44,315 bases of DNA, taken from positions 1 to 44,315 of the forward strand of contig JAFGVM010000051.1 of NCBI GenBank assembly GCA_016937995.1, written 5' to 3'. The stretch's first letter is position 1, and the number at the start of each line of letters is the position of its first letter. Source of the DNA: Candidatus Delongbacteria bacterium (GTDB lineage: Bacteria; UBA4055). Both the position numbers and the translations under genes were made by a program. The notes under the pieces were generated by a model, which saw nothing but the letters and a program-made list of their open reading frames with translations, made no database searches and was not told the DNA's origin. Shown in pieces: positions 42,653 to 44,315 of the stretch.

Positions 42653-44315
42653 ATGAAAAAAAATAAATTTATTACAATTGAACGATCCTCTGAAATTTTT
42701 AAAGTCTCAACAGCTACAGTAAATAATTGGATCAAAACAGGACTTCTGATAAAAGAAATTAACGGTATCAGAATAGATTCTGTTGAAGAACTTCTGAAAG
42801 ATATTAATTCTGGCAGGATCAAAAGACTTAATTCTAGAGCTAATAAAAAAATATCAGATATAACTTTCATTCCGAAAGAGTTGTTTTCAAAAGAAGATGA
42901 TCATAACATTGCAAGTTTAATATCAAAGATAAAAAAGAACAGATTCAATATAGACGAATTCATAAGTGAATTATTAAATATTAAAAATGGGGAAAAGCCG
43001 TTAAATAATAATATTTCATCTTTTATCCATAAGAATAATTTAATACTGGACATTGATCCTGAGCTTATATACCAATCACTTAAAAGTGAAGGTAATAAAT
43101 CTAGAGACGGATCATATTACACACCTCAATTCATCGTAACTGACATATTAAATGATCTCAAGATCTTAAATAATTTCAAAATTTACGATCCATGTTGCGG
43201 AACAGGTCAATTTTTAAAATCGATCGATCAAAATTTTAATGATATAAGCATCTATGGTTCTGACATTGATCTGACCGCTGTTAATATTACTAAATTTCAT
43301 TTGGGAATAAAAAACAAGAACAGATTTACCATAAACCATAATAATTCCCTGGAAGTAAATGAGAGATCAAAGTACGATATTGTTGTTACAAATCCGCCAT
43401 GGGGTGCACATTATTCAAACACCGAAAAGAATTTGCTGAAGAAATTATTTCCAGAGGCAGGTTCGGGAGATTCTCTTGAATATTTTCTGTTAAAAGGTTT
43501 TTATTCCCTAAAAAATAATGGAGTAATGTCTTACATTTTACCGGAATCCCTCCTATACGTTAAAAGATTTTCGAATATTAGAAAATTTTTTCTAGAAAAT
43601 TCTTCAATACTGAAAATAAAAAATTACGGTCGAGTATTTTCCCAGGTTTTCACAAATACAATAAGAATTGATATCAAGAGATCCATACCTGAAAAGAAAC
43701 ATTTTATAACTTTGAACAATAATTTAAAAATTGAGCAAAAATGTTTTCTGTATGAATTCGACTATCAATATAACATAAACACAACAGAAAAAGACCGGTT
43801 AATTATAAAAAAGGTGTTTGCTCATTCACATTTTACCTTAAAAAATAAATCAGAATGGAGCCTTGGAATTGTTACAGGAAACAATTTTAAATATGTTAAT
43901 CCGGGAAAAAGTAATTTCCATACCATTCCAATTATAACTGGCAGGAATATTGAACAATTCATAGTCAACCGTAAAGTAAACTACCTATATAATGACATAT
44001 CTAAATTTCAACAGGTACCTAAGAATAATTTGTACATAGCCAAGGAGAAACTAGTATATAAATTTATTTCCAACAAACTTGTTTTCGCCTACGATAACAC
44101 CGGAACATATACATTGAACAGTGCAAATATTTTAATACCTGATCTAAAGAATTACCCGATAAAAGTTGTTCTGGCAATAATGAACTCTGAAATTATGGAC
44201 TTTATTTACAGAAATAAATTTAACAGTCTAAAAGTATTAAGATCAAATCTTGAAAAACTTCCTTTCCCTGTCGATCCCGATAAAAAAATAATAAAAGAAA
44301 TTGAATTGTATGTAA
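42653..44315 (+). CDS. N6-adenine DNA methyltransferase (gamma/TaqI-like) with N-terminal HTH; runs off window end
   Basis: Not in the ORF track because it has no stop. Manual translation gives GSYYTP, motif I YDPCCGTGQFL, GSDID, motif IV NPPW and a TRD region (LGIVTGNN, YKFI, LNSAN). The N-terminus reads FKVSTATVNNWIKTG. Confidence 0.9.
   Translation, partial: MKKNKFITIERSSEIFKVSTATVNNWIKTGLLIKEINGIRIDSVEELLKDINSGRIKRLNSRANKKISDITFIPKELFSKEDDHNIASLISKIKKNRFNIDEFISELLNIKNGEKPLNNNISSFIHKNNLILDIDPELIYQSLKSEGNKSRDGSYYTPQFIVTDILNDLKILNNFKIYDPCCGTGQFLKSIDQNFNDISIYGSDIDLTAVNITKFHLGIKNKNRFTINHNNSLEVNERSKYDIVVTNPPWGAHYSNTEKNLLKKLFPEAGSGDSLEYFLLKGFYSLKNNGVMSYILPESLLYVKRFSNIRKFFLENSSILKIKNYGRVFSQVFTNTIRIDIKRSIPEKKHFITLNNNLKIEQKCFLYEFDYQYNINTTEKDRLIIKKVFAHSHFTLKNKSEWSLGIVTGNNFKYVNPGKSNFHTIPIITGRNIEQFIVNRKVNYLYNDISKFQQVPKNNLYIAKEKLVYKFISNKLVFAYDNTGTYTLNSANILIPDLKNYPIKVVLAIMNSEIMDFIYRNKFNSLKVLRSNLEKLPFPVDPDKKIIKEIELYV

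Noticed and set aside
42619-42870. 83-aa minus-strand ORF
   Set aside because: Antisense shadow of the methyltransferase gene.

Overview
AT-rich bacterial chromosomal segment, diderm as judged by an usher and a beta-barrel gene. Positions 1-24000 form an unusually dense signal-transduction island of two convergent gene runs. They encode REC/PAS histidine kinases, a CheB-CheR-PAS-kinase fusion, stand-alone receivers, two REC-PAS proteins that end in a coiled coil with no output domain, a probable pseudokinase, and a 37-aa-repeat (propeller-like) protein. Positions 24178-29182 (-) encode a non-classical chaperone-usher pilus locus: pilin, chaperone, usher, a second pilin and a small exported protein. 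A sigma54 enhancer-binding protein with intact GAFTGA and an atypical N-terminal pseudo-receiver is transcribed divergently from it. Three clean sigma54 -24/-12 promoters lie upstream of both pilins and of a receiver gene, suggesting a local regulon. At 34372-36606 a protein fuses what looks like a catalytically dead IS481-type transposase to a long TPR array (candidate domesticated transposase regulator). The right end is housekeeping: outer-membrane protein, gpmI, a PAS kinase, ribH, map, queH, and an HTH-containing N6-adenine methyltransferase cut off by the window end. REP-like palindromes and two hairpins with CU-rich anti-SD-like loops are also present. No rRNA, tRNA, CRISPR array or intact IS was recognised. 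All domain calls come from visual motif recognition; no database searches were run.
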